From: Octopus sinensis | Lineage: Eukaryota | Direction of reading: 5' to 3' | Assembly: GCF_006345805.1 (NCBI RefSeq) | Contig: NC_043011.1 | Span: 1,612,001-1,676,000, forward strand | DNA length: 64,000 nucleotides | Shown here: piece after piece, positions 12,505-25,395 of the stretch | Layout of the letters: each line of letters starts with the position of its first letter | Numbering within the stretch: position 1 is the stretch's first letter | Program-made: the position numbers and the translations under genes | The notes under the pieces: model-generated | What the model saw: the letters and a program-made list of their open reading frames with translations, nothing else | What the model was told of the DNA's origin: nothing | Database searches by the model: none

Positions 12505-12860
12505 ACTCTTTTACTTGTTTCCGTCATTTGACTGCGGCCATGCTGGAGCACCACCTTTAGTCAAATAAATCGACCCTAGGACTTATTCTTTTTGCTGAGC
12601 TGCTAAGTGACGGGGACATAAACACATGAACATTGGTTGCCAAGTGATGGTGCAGGGACAAGCACAGACACAAACAACAAACACATACATACATATATAT
12701 ATGACAGGCTTCTTTCACTTTCTGTCTACCAAATCCACTCACAAGACTTTGGTTGGCCTAAGGCCATAGTAGAATGCACTTCCCATAGGTGCCACACAGT
12801 GGGAATGAATCCAGAACCATATGGTTGGGAAGCAAGCTTCTTATCACACAGTCACTTTTG
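12505..12860 (-). mobile_element. Main SINE copy
   Basis: Reverse match to the family consensus. Confidence 0.8.
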
Positions 12861-12861
12861 C

Positions 12862-12892
<31 letters not shown>

Positions 12893-13449
12893 TGTATGTA
12901 TGTATGTATGTATGTATGTATGTATGCATGTATGTATGTATGTATGCATGCATCATTTAATATACACATTATTTAGATATGTGCTACTATTCATTTCATA
13001 CTGTGAAAACACAATAAACTGACAAGCTCTTATATCAAATCTTATGTTTCTAAGAAATCTTTCAGACTCAAATACACAATATGGGCAGCCTTTTTTTTTT
13101 TTATAAATTGAGAAAGAATGCTGGTTTTTGAAAAAAAAACATTCAAGAAAAGACACTTGGTCTTTCAGAAAACCTAAGAAAGAATGAGACAAAGGTAAAG
13201 GTAAAAAGCGGAATGAGAAAAAAAGCAAATAGTGGAATGGGAAAAATTAAAAAGAAAAAGAAAACAAAACAAAAAAAATCAAGAATTGCATCCTTTTCTC
13301 CATTCGAATCAGAATTAATATGGATAGCATTTGAATCAGAGTTAATATAGTTGCTGTAAATTAATTCTACAAGGAAGGAGTCAAAGTCTGTGAGATTGCA
13401 TGCTTAATGTGAATAGAATAGTGTGCTCCAGTCCATCAAAAGAAGTTTG

Positions 13450-13760
13450 TCCATATGTTTACATTTAATGAAAATTTCAAATCTTGAATTTAGTAGGCCC
13501 ACGGAGTTCATAGATCTGAAAAGAATATGAGATCTTTCAGTTACACTATGCCTGCATCCATTAATATATGATATGGATCACTTCATAATGCTCCACATAA
13601 TGGTGCATAGTGTGCCATTGGCCTTCAAATCCCATATATGGTTAGCTAAATTTATGGCTTCCTTTTTATCCAAGTGTTGGAAAGAAGACTGGCAGTCTTC
13701 AGGTCATTTTCTAAAAGTTTTCATTTGGGTTTCCTTATTTTGGAGCATTGCTGTGACTTC
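13450..13760 (-). mobile_element. Penelope-like element, GIY-YIG endonuclease C-terminal relic
   Basis: SSFQHLDKKEAINLANHIWDLKANG...IMWSI...ERSHIL...LLNSRFEIFIKCKH resembles the PLE motif LSKYIWDLK...LLNKRSE..SKCRH. Confidence 0.7.
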
Positions 13761-13788
13761 AGCTGAATAAACCACTGAGCTGATCATG

Positions 13789-13837
<49 letters not shown>

Positions 13838-13874
13838 AATCTCTGAACGAGGTATAAACAGTAGCTGCATGACA

Positions 13875-13990
13875 ATGTGAAGCATATTCGCCACTTAAAT
13901 GTAGATAACCACTAAGGGTGGGTGCTACAACCTACAGTAGCATCCACCCTTAGTGGTTAGCCACATTTAAGTGGCAAATATGCTTCACAT
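13875..13990. repeat. Hairpin: ~54-bp inverted arms, 8-nt loop, beside (TA)n runs
   Basis: atgtgaagcatattcgccacttaaatg...gggtgggtgctac / gtagcatccaccc...catttaagtggcaaatatgcttcacat. Confidence 0.9.
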
Positions 13991-14017
13991 ATATATATAT
14001 ATATATATATATGTATA

Positions 14018-14580
14018 TTGGGTTGTCTGGAAAGTTTGTGCCGACTTTTAAAGGAAAGAAAGTTCAATAAATACTTACCATTACATTTTTAATCAACCAA
14101 ATATGAACCATTTTGTTGCACAATGCATCTCCATCTTTCTTTTAGCTTGAAAATACCCTCTTCCCAGAATTGAGGTGGTTTCTTGGCAAAGAATTCATCA
14201 AGGTATTTTTTACGTCATCCAAGGAATTGAAATTTTTACCATTAAGACTATTCTGCAGAGAACTGAATAAGTGGAAATATGAAGGAGCAATATCTGGTGA
14301 ATATGGAGTGTGGGGTAACACATCCCAGCCAAGCTGCAGCAATTTTTGTCTGGTTCCCAAAGCATCAAGTACCGGAAATAAACTTTCTTATCTTCCATTT
14401 TAACGGGTTGCAGAATTAACACAGGTTATAGGAACATAAATCTTCTTCCACGAAAAGATAGCTTAAACTGTACTCTAAATGGAGGTGTAGTCAAATCCTA
14501 TTTTATGGACTAAACCATGTTCTAAAATAAGTTGAAAAGTAAGCTACTATAAATTGGCACGAACTTTCTGGACAATCCAA
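14018..14580 (-). mobile_element. Internally deleted mariner with both TIRs
   Basis: TIRs ttgggttgtctggaaagtttgtgcc / ggcacgaactttctggacaatccaa. It encodes WDVLPHTPYSPDIAPSYFHLF. Confidence 0.9.
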
Positions 14581-14789
14581 TTTATATATATATAATGTAA
14601 AAGAGTAAAGGTATTCATTGATTTTTACATTCATTTATCTGTGTTTGCATGGGTTAGATAAATTGAGGCATTGATTTTTCAAGTCAGTGATCTATTATTT
14701 GATGTAATTTCAAAGGTGTTATTGTTTGTAGCTTGTGGTGTTCAGAGAATATCTAAAGAAACATGTCAATCGCATACACATTCATATAC

Positions 14790-15085
14790 ATATGTATGTA
14801 CATACACACTAACACATACACACACACGCTTGTACATACATACATACATACATGCATACTTACATACATACATACATATATGCATACATACATACATGCA
14901 TACATGCATACATACATGCATGCATACATACATACATGCATGCATACATGCATACATACATACATGCATACATGCATGCATACATACATACATACATACA
15001 TACATACACATATACATACATACATACATACATACATACATACATACATGCATGCATACATACATACATACATACATACATACAT
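14790..15085. repeat. Compound (TACA)n/(TGCA)n microsatellite
   Basis: Seen directly. It is the source of many spurious H/T/Y/I or M/Y/V/C ORFs. Confidence 0.95.
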
Positions 15086-15171
15086 TAGAAGATGCTTACT
15101 CAAGGTGGGACTGTATCTAAAACTCTGTGGACATGCAGGTAGGAAGTGAACTTCTTAACCACACAGCATGC

Positions 15172-15800
15172 TTGTGGGGTAAGAAGTTTGCTTTCCAACC
15201 ACATGGTTCTGGATTTGGTCCCACTACATGACACCTTGGGTCAGTGTCTTCTACTATATATTTATTTACTACCCACAAGGGGCTAAACACAGGAGACAAA
15301 CAAGGACAGACAAACGGATTAAGTCGATTACATCGACCCCATTGTGTAACTGGTATTTAATTTATCGACCCCAGAAGACAAAGTCGACCTCGGCGGAAAT
15401 TAAACTATGTACGTAACGGCAGACGAAATATGGCAACGCATTTCGCCCGGTGTGCTAACGTTTCTGCCAGCTCACCGCCTTGTGTCTTCTACTATAGCTT
15501 CAGGTTGACCAAAGCCTTGTGACTGAATTTGGTAAATCAAAACTGAAAGAAGCCTGTTGTATAGATATGTGAGTGAGTGAGTGTGTGTGTGTGTGTGTGT
15601 GTGTATCTTTGAGTTTATATTTGACCCCCATCACCACTGGTATGTTTACATCCCTGTAACTTAGCAGTTTGGTAAAAGAAAGTGATAGGATATGTACCGG
15701 AATTTAAGAAATAAGTATTAGGGTTGATTTTTTGACTAAAATTCACTAAGGTAGTGCCCCAGCATGGCCACAGTCTAATGACTGAAACAAATAAAAGACA
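15172..15800 (+). mobile_element. Main SINE copy interrupted by a second SINE
   Basis: The head and core at 15172-15258 resume at 15482. Confidence 0.75.
15259..15481 (-). mobile_element. MetaSINE-like element with a 15-bp TSD
   Basis: TSD gtgtcttctactata at 15244-15258 and 15482-15496. The centre resembles the Meta domain (gtcgactttg..tt...ggggtcgataaattaa.tacc). Confidence 0.75.
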
Positions 15801-15829
15801 ATTATAAAAGACACACACATATATAAAAT

Positions 15830-16620
15830 ACAGGTAAAGTTCTTCAGTTCTCTAAGACGCTACAATTGCTAGGCTACACAATCTCTGATGATCTTAACAT
15901 AAAGTCTTCACATAACTAAAATGACCAAAATGTTTAAGCTACACTAATATTAGCCCTTTCTGGAAAATTTCACTCGTTTGCATGCATTCATGGTACGTCG
16001 AAGGAAAACTCACAAGTTCCTCCTCCTTTGTCAGTCTTGGAGGCTTTGTAAAAGTTCAAGGGCTCCGACATTTTCCCTCTGATTAAGTCAGAGGAAAATA
16101 TAAAGATGTTAACACTCTAAGTAACTGAAGTGTGATCCACATCTTATTACTGCAAACCTTAAGATGGGGAGTTGGTTGAATCGTGGGAACACTGAGAAAG
16201 CACTCAGCTGTATTTGTTCTGGATCTTTACATTCCGAGTTCAAATCTTACTTGAGTCAACTTTACTTGTCTTTCTTTTGAAGTTGATAAAATAAAGAACC
16301 AGTGAAGTAATGGGTATTGATTAATGTATTGACTAATCCTTTCCACTCAAATTTGCCAAAATCAGAAACCATTCTTGCATGCATCGATTGAACAGCGTTA
16401 TGGTGTCTGGTCATCACAGACGCCATGCTTTTTTTCTTCTTACCTCTTCTACCACTTTTGCAATGGTTCACATTTCCATGAACTAGTGAGCTACACACTC
16501 CTTCTTGTCATACACTCTGTCTTCTCTCATTATTCAAACCAAGTTTCACTGTCTTGTCTTTCGTTAAAAATTTGCATAATTGTTTGACCCCCAAAGCTGC
16601 ATCTTTCTATCACCAACAAC
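15830..16620 (+). mobile_element. L2/Crack-like LINE 3' relic with a SINE remnant inside
   Basis: LQFSKTLQLLGYTISDDL and LFYHFCNGSHFHELVS resemble Crack/L2 post-RT motifs. Confidence 0.4.
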
Positions 16621-18394
16621 TTTTTATATAGGTGTTGGCTTAGAGAAGTTAAACTGAATATCAATCATATGGCTTTTAGCAATTTAGAAGGGCCAACAGA
16701 AAACATTGAAACTGACCCTTCTCTCCTCTATAATTAATAAAATATCAACTGTCAGAGTTCCAGAGCAGTACATCAATATATCACGCATGTTTCAATACAC
16801 ATATTAATATATATGAGATGTATTCAAACATACATACACACATTTAGGTATACATATAGCTATACATACAGGCACATATATGAACATGTATATCCCTATT
16901 ATATTTACACACATGCAGAAACACAACCACAAACATCCCTGCACCATACACATGCAAACACATATTCAGGGAATCATTAAAAGAATGTGAAAATATTTTC
17001 CTTCAAGATAAGTGGCAAAAATAATTAGTTTCAATATTTAGTATTTAATAGAGAGTGATGATGGAGGTGGTGACCAGAAGGAAGAAGAGGAGGGGTTTAC
17101 TCTTCCATAAGTGAACCTGTCACATCTAAAGTGACGCCAGCAACTTTTTGTAATCCTTCATCAACTGTAGTTCTGCTTTGTAATTTTGGGGCCAAAAATT
17201 GGAAAGTTTATCTTAAGTTTCTTTGGTGTTTAAGTTCTTTTTTAGTTGTTGAAGTATTCTGACGAGGAAAAATTTAGTTTTATCAAGAAATAGAAGCTAA
17301 AGATCGTGTTCAGACTTCATCAAACAATTTTACTGATAGTGATGACAACACCACTGCTACAGCTATTACTGCCACCAACACTATGACTAACACTATTGAT
17401 ACAACTTTTGCTGCTGCTGCTACTACATTTGTTGCTGTTGCTACTTCCATTGCCACTACGGATGAGGAAAATTCTATTGGCAGTAGCAGTGATGGTGGTA
17501 GTGGGGCTGGTGTTGCTGCTACTGTAGCCACTACTGTTGGTGCTGGCAATGATTTGGTAATAGATTAATCTCTTTCAACTCAAAGTCTTCAGTTATAATA
17601 GATCATTCTGTGCTGGAATCAATGGTCAATATTCTTAAACAGAATTCCTTTTGCTTGATTTATTTTTATTTTTACAAATGAAATTTTCCTAATTTCGTTT
17701 TTATTCATATGAGAAGGGTTTCCATCATACCTCATATCATAGGCCGTATCCCACTTTGGAACTTCAAACTGAAATTCACAAAAATATTGTTTCTCATGTA
17801 TTTTCTAGCAACAGCTTAATTCTTTCCGAACAGAATGTGATATGTATACATTTTTGTTAGCTTTTACCACTACTCTGTTTGATTCAAATTATTTTGATTG
17901 AATTTTCAAACACAGCTGACACATAATAGCTGCTGTTGATAAATGTTTGAAATAGCTGTGTCAATAGGCTGATTAGACAACTTGTAAAGAGTTTGATGTT
18001 CTGTATCCCTTTGCCAATGCTGTACTGTATCCATGCCAAGATAACACTTAACAGCCTAGTTCATGCATCAAGTGAAAAATGTCTACATTAAAATTACAAG
18101 ACAACTTTCGTTTATACTGCTGTATGTGTCTCTTGCTTGGCTGTTTATTGTCCATTTCCTATTGATTCATCATTGTATGTCTATCAAAGGTAGATTGGTT
18201 GAAATTATATTCATCTAACTGATTTGTCTGTCCTTATCTGAATCTAGTCCTATCATGTCAGTTGGCAGTATACTCCTCATCAGAATGATATGCCTACCCT
18301 TATAAAACAGTCAATGTGAAACTGGCCATAACCAATCAGATTAATGTACAATCAACAGGAAACTAGCAAAAGCAATAAGTCTTTTGAACTCTGC

Positions 18395-18451
<57 letters not shown>

Positions 18452-18824
18452 TTCCCAAGCTGTGAAAAAAAAAAGGCACTCAGTGAATCCTGTAAAATGT
18501 GGTGATATCTTGTGGTCTATCATAGGAATATGATTTCACAGTCACTCTCGAAAATGTACATCATATTGTGGTCTATGAAAAATGGATGCTGGATGGTCAT
18601 TGGTGCATCTGTGGACTTGGCTGTTCTGCTAAAACTACATTCAACTTTACCTTGCCAGAACACAGTAACAAAATAGCACTTTATAAGAGAGCCAATTTTT
18701 TTTACCTAAACTACACATGGAAAAGCTGAAAAACACGCACATTTATATATACCATGGAAAAGCATATAAGTGTATGAGCATATGTGCATGTATGTGCATG
18801 TAAGCTTGCACAGACATGCATATG

Positions 18825-18859
<35 letters not shown>

Positions 18860-19270
18860 CATCATCATCATCATCATCATCGTTTAACCGGGGTCTGGGA
18901 AGCCAAGGGCTGCTCCAGGCTCCAGTCTGATCTGGCAGAGTTTCTACGGCTGGATGCCCTTCCTAACGCCAACCACTCCACGAGTGTAGTGGGTGCTTTT
19001 TACGTGCCACCTGCACAGGTGCCAGGGGGGGGTCCGGCATCGGTCACGATCGGTTGGAGCTTTTAACGTGCCAGCGACACGGAAGCCAGCCAAGTCGGCG
19101 CTGGCAATGTTCGGATGGTCTTTTTATGTGCCACCGGCACAGGAGCCAGTCGGGGCGGCGCTGGCATCGGCCACGTTCGGATAGTGCTTTTTATGTGCCA
19201 CCGGCACACAGGAGCCAGTTGGGGCGGCGCTGGCATTGGCCACGTTCAGATGGTGCTTTTTATGTGCCTT
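18860..19270 (-). mobile_element. (GAT)n-tailed retroposon with ~5 internal tandem units of ~60-67 bp
   Basis: Unit ttttatgtgccaccggcacaggagccagtcggggcggcgctggcatcggccacgttcggatagtgct. Confidence 0.8.
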
Positions 19271-20335
19271 TGAATGAGTGGGCTTTGTTAGGTGGTTTGG
19301 TGATGTCATGACAGTTCTACATCAGGGCTTTTTGAAATTGTATGATGTTGATGTTTTTGCTTCCTATATCATAGCATTTACTGCATATTCTGCTATCCTA
19401 CAGTAGGTCACCGTAGCTCTGATGGGCAGCAATGAATTATAGTGTACAAATTAGTCCCTCTACTTTATCTGCCTTCAAGCTCTTGTTCCCTTTCCCCACA
19501 TCCTGAAACTCTCTTATCACTCTGTTTCCTGGATCACTTTGCCTCTGGTCATCACTCCATCCTCTTGGTTACATTGGATTCAATATACATATTTCAGAAT
19601 ACTGTGTACTCTTATCAATTATCACCCAATCACACAACCCTCTTACTGTGTCTCACTCTGTAAACAGGTTGGTGAACAAGCAGAGACATAGCCTTTAGTC
19701 GTGTCAAGGAGATGGCTACCAAAACAAATAAAAAGAAAAGTGCAAACCTAATACATGCCATTAAATGTAAGATTGTGAGGACATGACAACTCTCTAGGGC
19801 TGATGACATGAGCAAAAACATGCCGTATACTCTGTAAAGTGGTTCATATTAAGAAGGGCGTCAATCCATATAAATCTTGTAAAAAATGTAATACAAGTGA
19901 GATGCAGTTCTTCTGATTCATCTTTAAGAAGAGCACACCAAGTATTGAAAGTGACAACTTGCTCAACTCATACCAGTATGGAAAGGAGATGTAAAAGAAT
20001 GATGCTAATAATGGTATGTGTGTGCATACTTGTGTGCTTGTGTGAGTGATTTCACATCGACCTCTCTGGTATGCCTTGCTCTATGCTTTCACATGCAAAA
20101 ACCATTATTAGCATGAAATACCATCAAAGGTTGGAATGAGGAAGAGCATTTAACCATAAATATAGCTTCAAGAACTCTTGCAAAAATGATGGTGGTAATG
20201 ATGGTGGTGGTAATGGAGGTGGTGACAATGATGATGATAAATGTACGTACACACACAGAGGCACAGACACACACACAGGCACACACACAGACACACACAC
20301 ACAGAGGCACAGGCGCATGTACACACACACAGAGG

Positions 20336-20373
<38 letters not shown>

Positions 20374-21050
20374 CACATACACAGAAGCACTTGCCTTTTG
20401 CTCTAAGAAATATGCATATATCCAATGTCTGGTTACGACTTTATATGCATAAACATGCATTTATTCATATGTATTTGTTGCAAAGCATGTATATAATCTA
20501 TATATTTGTTATGAAGTTTATGCGTGAAATTCAATACCACTGAAAATATTAGTTATGTGGACTTGTCTCATGGAGACAGTCGATTTGCCAGATCTCTTCT
20601 AAATAAGTCACATCCTATGTTAACAGCAAAATAACAATATTTCAATACTTTGTTTGATAATTAATCAAATTTGCTATTTCAGTGGCAACAGTTGTTTTTA
20701 TTGTTTCATGCGTACTTTGTTGATTCCATTAACTTATCTTTCTCAGATATTCAACTAAACGAACAAGAAATGCAATATTTACCTCTTTCTTATCTACTGT
20801 CTCCATCTCTCTCACACTAGTTGTATCTATTTGTCTGCCTAATTGGTTAACACACACACACATACACAAATATAGTCCAACGTTAACGAAAAATGCGCTC
20901 AATACATATAAGTAGTATGTATTTTCAGTATGGGAATTATTTTCCCAAAGAACATGCCGATAATATCTACAAAGCTTTTCCAGTAGTCAAACTGTTGCAC
21001 AAATCCAACCACTACAGAAACTATATTTCTGCCTATTTAGACTCCCACCT

Positions 21051-21051
<1 letters not shown>

Positions 21052-21091
<40 letters not shown>

Positions 21092-21110
21092 GTTATTGTT
21101 ATTATTATTA

Positions 21111-21141
<31 letters not shown>

Positions 21142-21145
21142 GTTA

Positions 21146-21189
<44 letters not shown>
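21052..21189. repeat. (ATT)n microsatellite
   Basis: Seen directly. Confidence 0.95.
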
Positions 21190-21192
<3 letters not shown>

Positions 21193-21550
21193 TAGTTTTA
21201 TTTTTATAGCGTGCTTTCACTTCACTACCGATCGCAGTTCTGTGTGCCTTGGGTATGTGCTGTGATTTGTTGTGATGCTCTGATGGTTATTGTATTGAAA
21301 GTGTTCTGCGTAGGATGTGTGCAGTGTCCAGTAGTGCAATTTTCTGTATGTTATATGTGTTTGTAAGTCCTGGTGTTTTTGTTATGTATTTGTCTGAATA
21401 TTTTTTTATCATGCCTAATGCACCTACTATGATAGGAATTGTTTTTGTTTTTAGATTCCACATTCGAGTTACCTCTATTTCCAGGTCTTTGTATTTTGAA
21501 AGTTTCTCCATTTCTTTTAGAGACACGTTGTCATCTGCTGGTATTGATTT
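21190..21550 (-). mobile_element. Dong/R4-type LINE 3' end (REL endonuclease plus 3' UTR)
   Basis: SIPADDNVSLKEMEKLSKYKDLEIEVTRMW...IPIIVGALG...IQKIALLDTAHILRR. (AAT)n lies on both sides. Confidence 0.85.
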
Positions 21551-21869
21551 ATTATTATTATTATATAACTGTTCAATATTTGGTAGACTGAGGCAAATTT
21601 CTACGGCATCATCAGCTACACCTCTTTGTTTCTGCGATCTGTACAGTATTGTGTTTTCTTTTCTACTGTTGGGAGTGTGCAAACACTTCCCGGTACTGTA
21701 CTGTGTAAGTTTCTTTTCTCTCTTGACGTATGGTGCAGTCTTTCGTTGTGTTACTGCTTGTATTGTGTGTTGTGTGTGTAATGCTTTGGTTTCCTAGCTT
21801 GCTGGTGGAAGTTTATTTCACTAGATAAATGCTGTACAGAGTGTGTCTTGTATTTGTAGGTTATTTTGC

Positions 21870-22280
21870 TTACTCTTTTTACTCTTTTACTCATTTTTAC
21901 TCATTTGACTGTGGCCATGCTGGAGCACCGCCTTTAATCAAGCAACTCAACCCCGGGACTTATTCTTTTGTAAACCCAGTACTTATTCTGCCGGTCTCTT
22001 TTGCCGAACCGCTAAGTAACGGGGACATAAACACACCAGCATTGGTTGTCAAGCAATGCTAGGGGGACAAACACAGACACACAAACACACACACGCATAT
22101 ATATATATACATATATACGATGAGCTTCTTTCAGTTTCCGTCTACCAAATCCACTCACAAGGCTTTGGTCAGCCCGAGGCTATAGTAGAAGACACTTGCT
22201 CAAGGTGCCACGCAGTGGGACTGAACCCGGAACCATGTGGTTGGTAAACAAGCTACTTACCACACAGCCACTCCTGTGTC
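21870..22280 (-). mobile_element. Main SINE copy
   Basis: Full reverse match to the family. Confidence 0.85.
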
Positions 22281-22466
22281 TTAGTTTGTGTTATTGGATG
22301 GATAGTTTGTGTTATTGGATGGATGTTCCTAGTAGGGCTGTTTTTTGGACAGTATGTAGTGTTGAGGATCCAGGTATAGATTCTACGTTTTTGCTCATAA
22401 GTTTTTTATCATGCCCAATGCTCCAATTATTATTGATATTGTTTTAACTTTCATGCCCCATAATCA

Positions 22467-22504
<38 letters not shown>

Positions 22505-22507
22505 ATA

Positions 22508-22548
<41 letters not shown>

Positions 22549-23184
22549 CATCATTATTGTTATCCATACTAGAAGCATTGCATGTCTTCTCATTTTAAAG
22601 TCTAACCTTTTAATTTGTGACCCCAAAAGTCATTAATTTTTTATTTTCTTACAAAATGCTTGTTAAAACCACAACCATTGCACAGGTTTGACTTGTTTCT
22701 TTATTCGTTTGTGCCCCTGTAAAGGCACAATTTTGAAAAGTAAATTTTCATTTCACTTTGGAAAAAATAAGTTTAAAGGCAGACATTGTGATGAAAGCCT
22801 TATTTAAATACATAAAAGAGGAAGTAAGAGGTAGCTTTGACAGTGAGTTACAAGACACCTCAAACGCCTCCACGCTTCTATCCTCAAATGGAAGTGTAAG
22901 TGTTCTCTCACCATGTTCAAAGTACAGTGAACCACACTTCCATTATGACAACAAACAGCTGCAACAACAACAGTAATGACAACACAGCAGGGGAATTTAG
23001 TTCCAATTATGAAACTAAATTCTCCACAATAAATGTGACAATACCAAAGACATCAACTAACAGAGTCAACACTAAGACAACGAGCACCACCACCATCATC
23101 ATCATTGCAGCAACAAAAATTAGGAAAGAAACAAGAACAACAGTAGCGTTGACAAGTTAAATGGCAACAATATTTCCATTGTGA

Positions 23185-23520
23185 AAGGCGGGGAGCTGGT
23201 AGAAACGTTCGCACACCGGGCGAAATGCTTAGCGTCTGCCACTATGTTCTGAGTTCTCGGTTGACTTTACCTTTCATCCTTTTGGAGTCGATTAAATAAG
23301 TACCAGTTACACACTGGGGTCGATATAATCAACTTAATCTGTTTGTTTGTCCTTGTTTTATCTACCCTTTGTGGGTAGTAAAGAAATAGGTATTTCGTCT
23401 GTCTTTACATTCTGAGTTCAAATTCTGCTGAGGTCGACTTTGTCGTTCATCCTTTCGGGGTTGATAAATTAAGTGCCAGTTGCGTACTGGGGTCGATCTA
23501 ATTGGCTGGCCCCCTTCCCC
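23185..23520 (+). mobile_element. Two adjacent MetaSINE-like copies/fragments
   Basis: ggcggggagctggtagaaacg head. The ttcatcctttcggggttgataaattaagt core appears twice. Confidence 0.65.
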
Positions 23521-23758
23521 CAAAATATCAGGCCTTGTGCCTAGAGTAGAAAAGAATATTTCCATTGTGAATAACAACAACAATGCATTGCAGCAATGGC
23601 CATGAAAAGCACAGAACTATATAAGATGGGTGTCCATCAGAAGGATATATGTCTGGCCTAAGCTTCCAAACTGATAAGGCTGAAAAATCATGGGGTGGAT
23701 AGATATATAGATAGATACACACAGACATAAACATATATATATATATACCATCTATATA

Positions 23759-23789
<31 letters not shown>

Positions 23790-25142
23790 CATACGTCAAG
23801 AGAGAAAAGAAACTTAGCGGTTCGGCAAAAGAGACCGATGAATAAGTACTGGGCTTACAAAGAATAAGTCCCGGGGTCGATTTGCTCAACTAAAGGCGGT
23901 GCTCCAGCATGGCCGTAGTCAAATGACTGAAACAAGTAGAAGAGTAAAAGAGTAAAAGAGATATGTGTGTCTTTGTGTCTCTGCTTGTCTCCTCATTGTC
24001 ACTTGACAACTGGTGTGTTTATGTCCCCATAACTTAGTGGTTCAGCAAAAATGACTGATAAAATAAGTACTAGGTTTAAGAATTAAATCTTGGAATTGAT
24101 TTGTTTGACTAAAAACCCTTCAAGGCAGTCCTCCAGCATGAACCACCCATTGGCTATTGATACATTTACTCAAGTTTTCATTTAAATCTCTCTCTCTCTC
24201 TCTCTCTGTATATATATATATTACGAAGTAAAAGCGATCAATAAATCTAGGCAGATATCTATAAATCACTGAGTGTTAAATGAATTTGGTTAACTATATC
24301 AAATAATCAGACACCAATAAATGCAAGTTGAATTAATAGCCAAGGTAATTCTTCAAATATGACAAGTAAATCTAAATATTATTTAAGAGACAAGAGCAAG
24401 AATAGAGAAGGTCACACCTCTAATTGGTGATTAAACCATAGATTACTAACGACTGTTTCTGCTGTCTAGCATATTTGGACACAGGAAAAAGTTATAAAAT
24501 ATCAGTCACATTAATATAGCTGAAAATATATGCTAACAGAATGTTACCAAGGCAATCCAAAACTGGATTAAATTCAAAGGGAACTATAATTAGCCATAGC
24601 TTTATGATCAAGATGTCTGTGCCCAACTATGGGGATTTAGGTTCAATCCAACTGTGTAGTATCTTGGGATTGTGTCTACTATTAAAAAAGATGATACATA
24701 CATGCATACATAAATACATACACATTCACTTTGCAAATAAATATATATTCATACATAATTTAATCATTTATTCATATTTCATACTCTATAGTACATGCTT
24801 TCATATTTTCATTTTATACTTGTTTATATTTCTTATTGTTCATAAAGAATTAGGGTTATATTGCATCACTAATATCTTATTTTTGTTCATTCTTAATTCG
24901 TAGTTTTGGTTTTTATTTTTTAATATGTTTAGAAAATTATTTTCAAAATTCTCTTAAACTTTATATCTTTTAATTTTTAATTCGTCCCTTAATTTCTAAC
25001 TTCTTCACATTATTGCATTTTCATCATTGGTACCTCAACATCAAACCTTGGCATTGATCTTTTATAACTTTTCAACTTCTCACTACACATTATTTACATT
25101 ATTTACAATTGACGGATAATTGTCCTCATCTTGTTTGTTGTT

Positions 25143-25188
25143 AATACAATGTTTCGGCTGATATACCATCCAGCCTTCATCAGGCATC
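25143..25188 (-). ncRNA. Minimal type I hammerhead-like motif (helix III mismatch)
   Basis: gaugc-CUGAUGA-A-GGCUG(loop)CAGCC-GAAA-CAUU-guauu. Helices I and II pair. Confidence 0.5.
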
Positions 25189-25237
25189 TTGGGGAAATTT
25201 CGAACCTGGGTTCTCATTCCTAAGGTGTTTTTCAATG

Positions 25238-25292
<55 letters not shown>

Positions 25293-25395
25293 TATTCAGG
25301 TCACTGCTTGGAATCGAACTCAGAATCTTGGGGTTAGTAGCCCCAAGATCGAAGAACACCTTAAGAATGAGAACCCAGGTTCGAAATTTCCTCAA

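Noticed and set aside
14671-15149. Many overlapping 70-150 aa ORFs (HTYIHT / MYVCMY)
   Set aside because: These are translations of (TACA)n/(TGCA)n microsatellite. The same applies to ORFs at 12.8k, 20.1k, 29.2k, 32.5k, 44.5k, 52.2k and 56.1k.
17310-17568. Ala/Thr/Val-rich ORFs on both strands
   Set aside because: This is degenerate (GCT)/(ACT) trinucleotide low complexity with no domain signal.
18990-19270. CRISPR-like spaced repeats with palindromes
   Set aside because: The units are whole tandem duplications without unique spacers, inside a eukaryotic retroposon with no cas genes.
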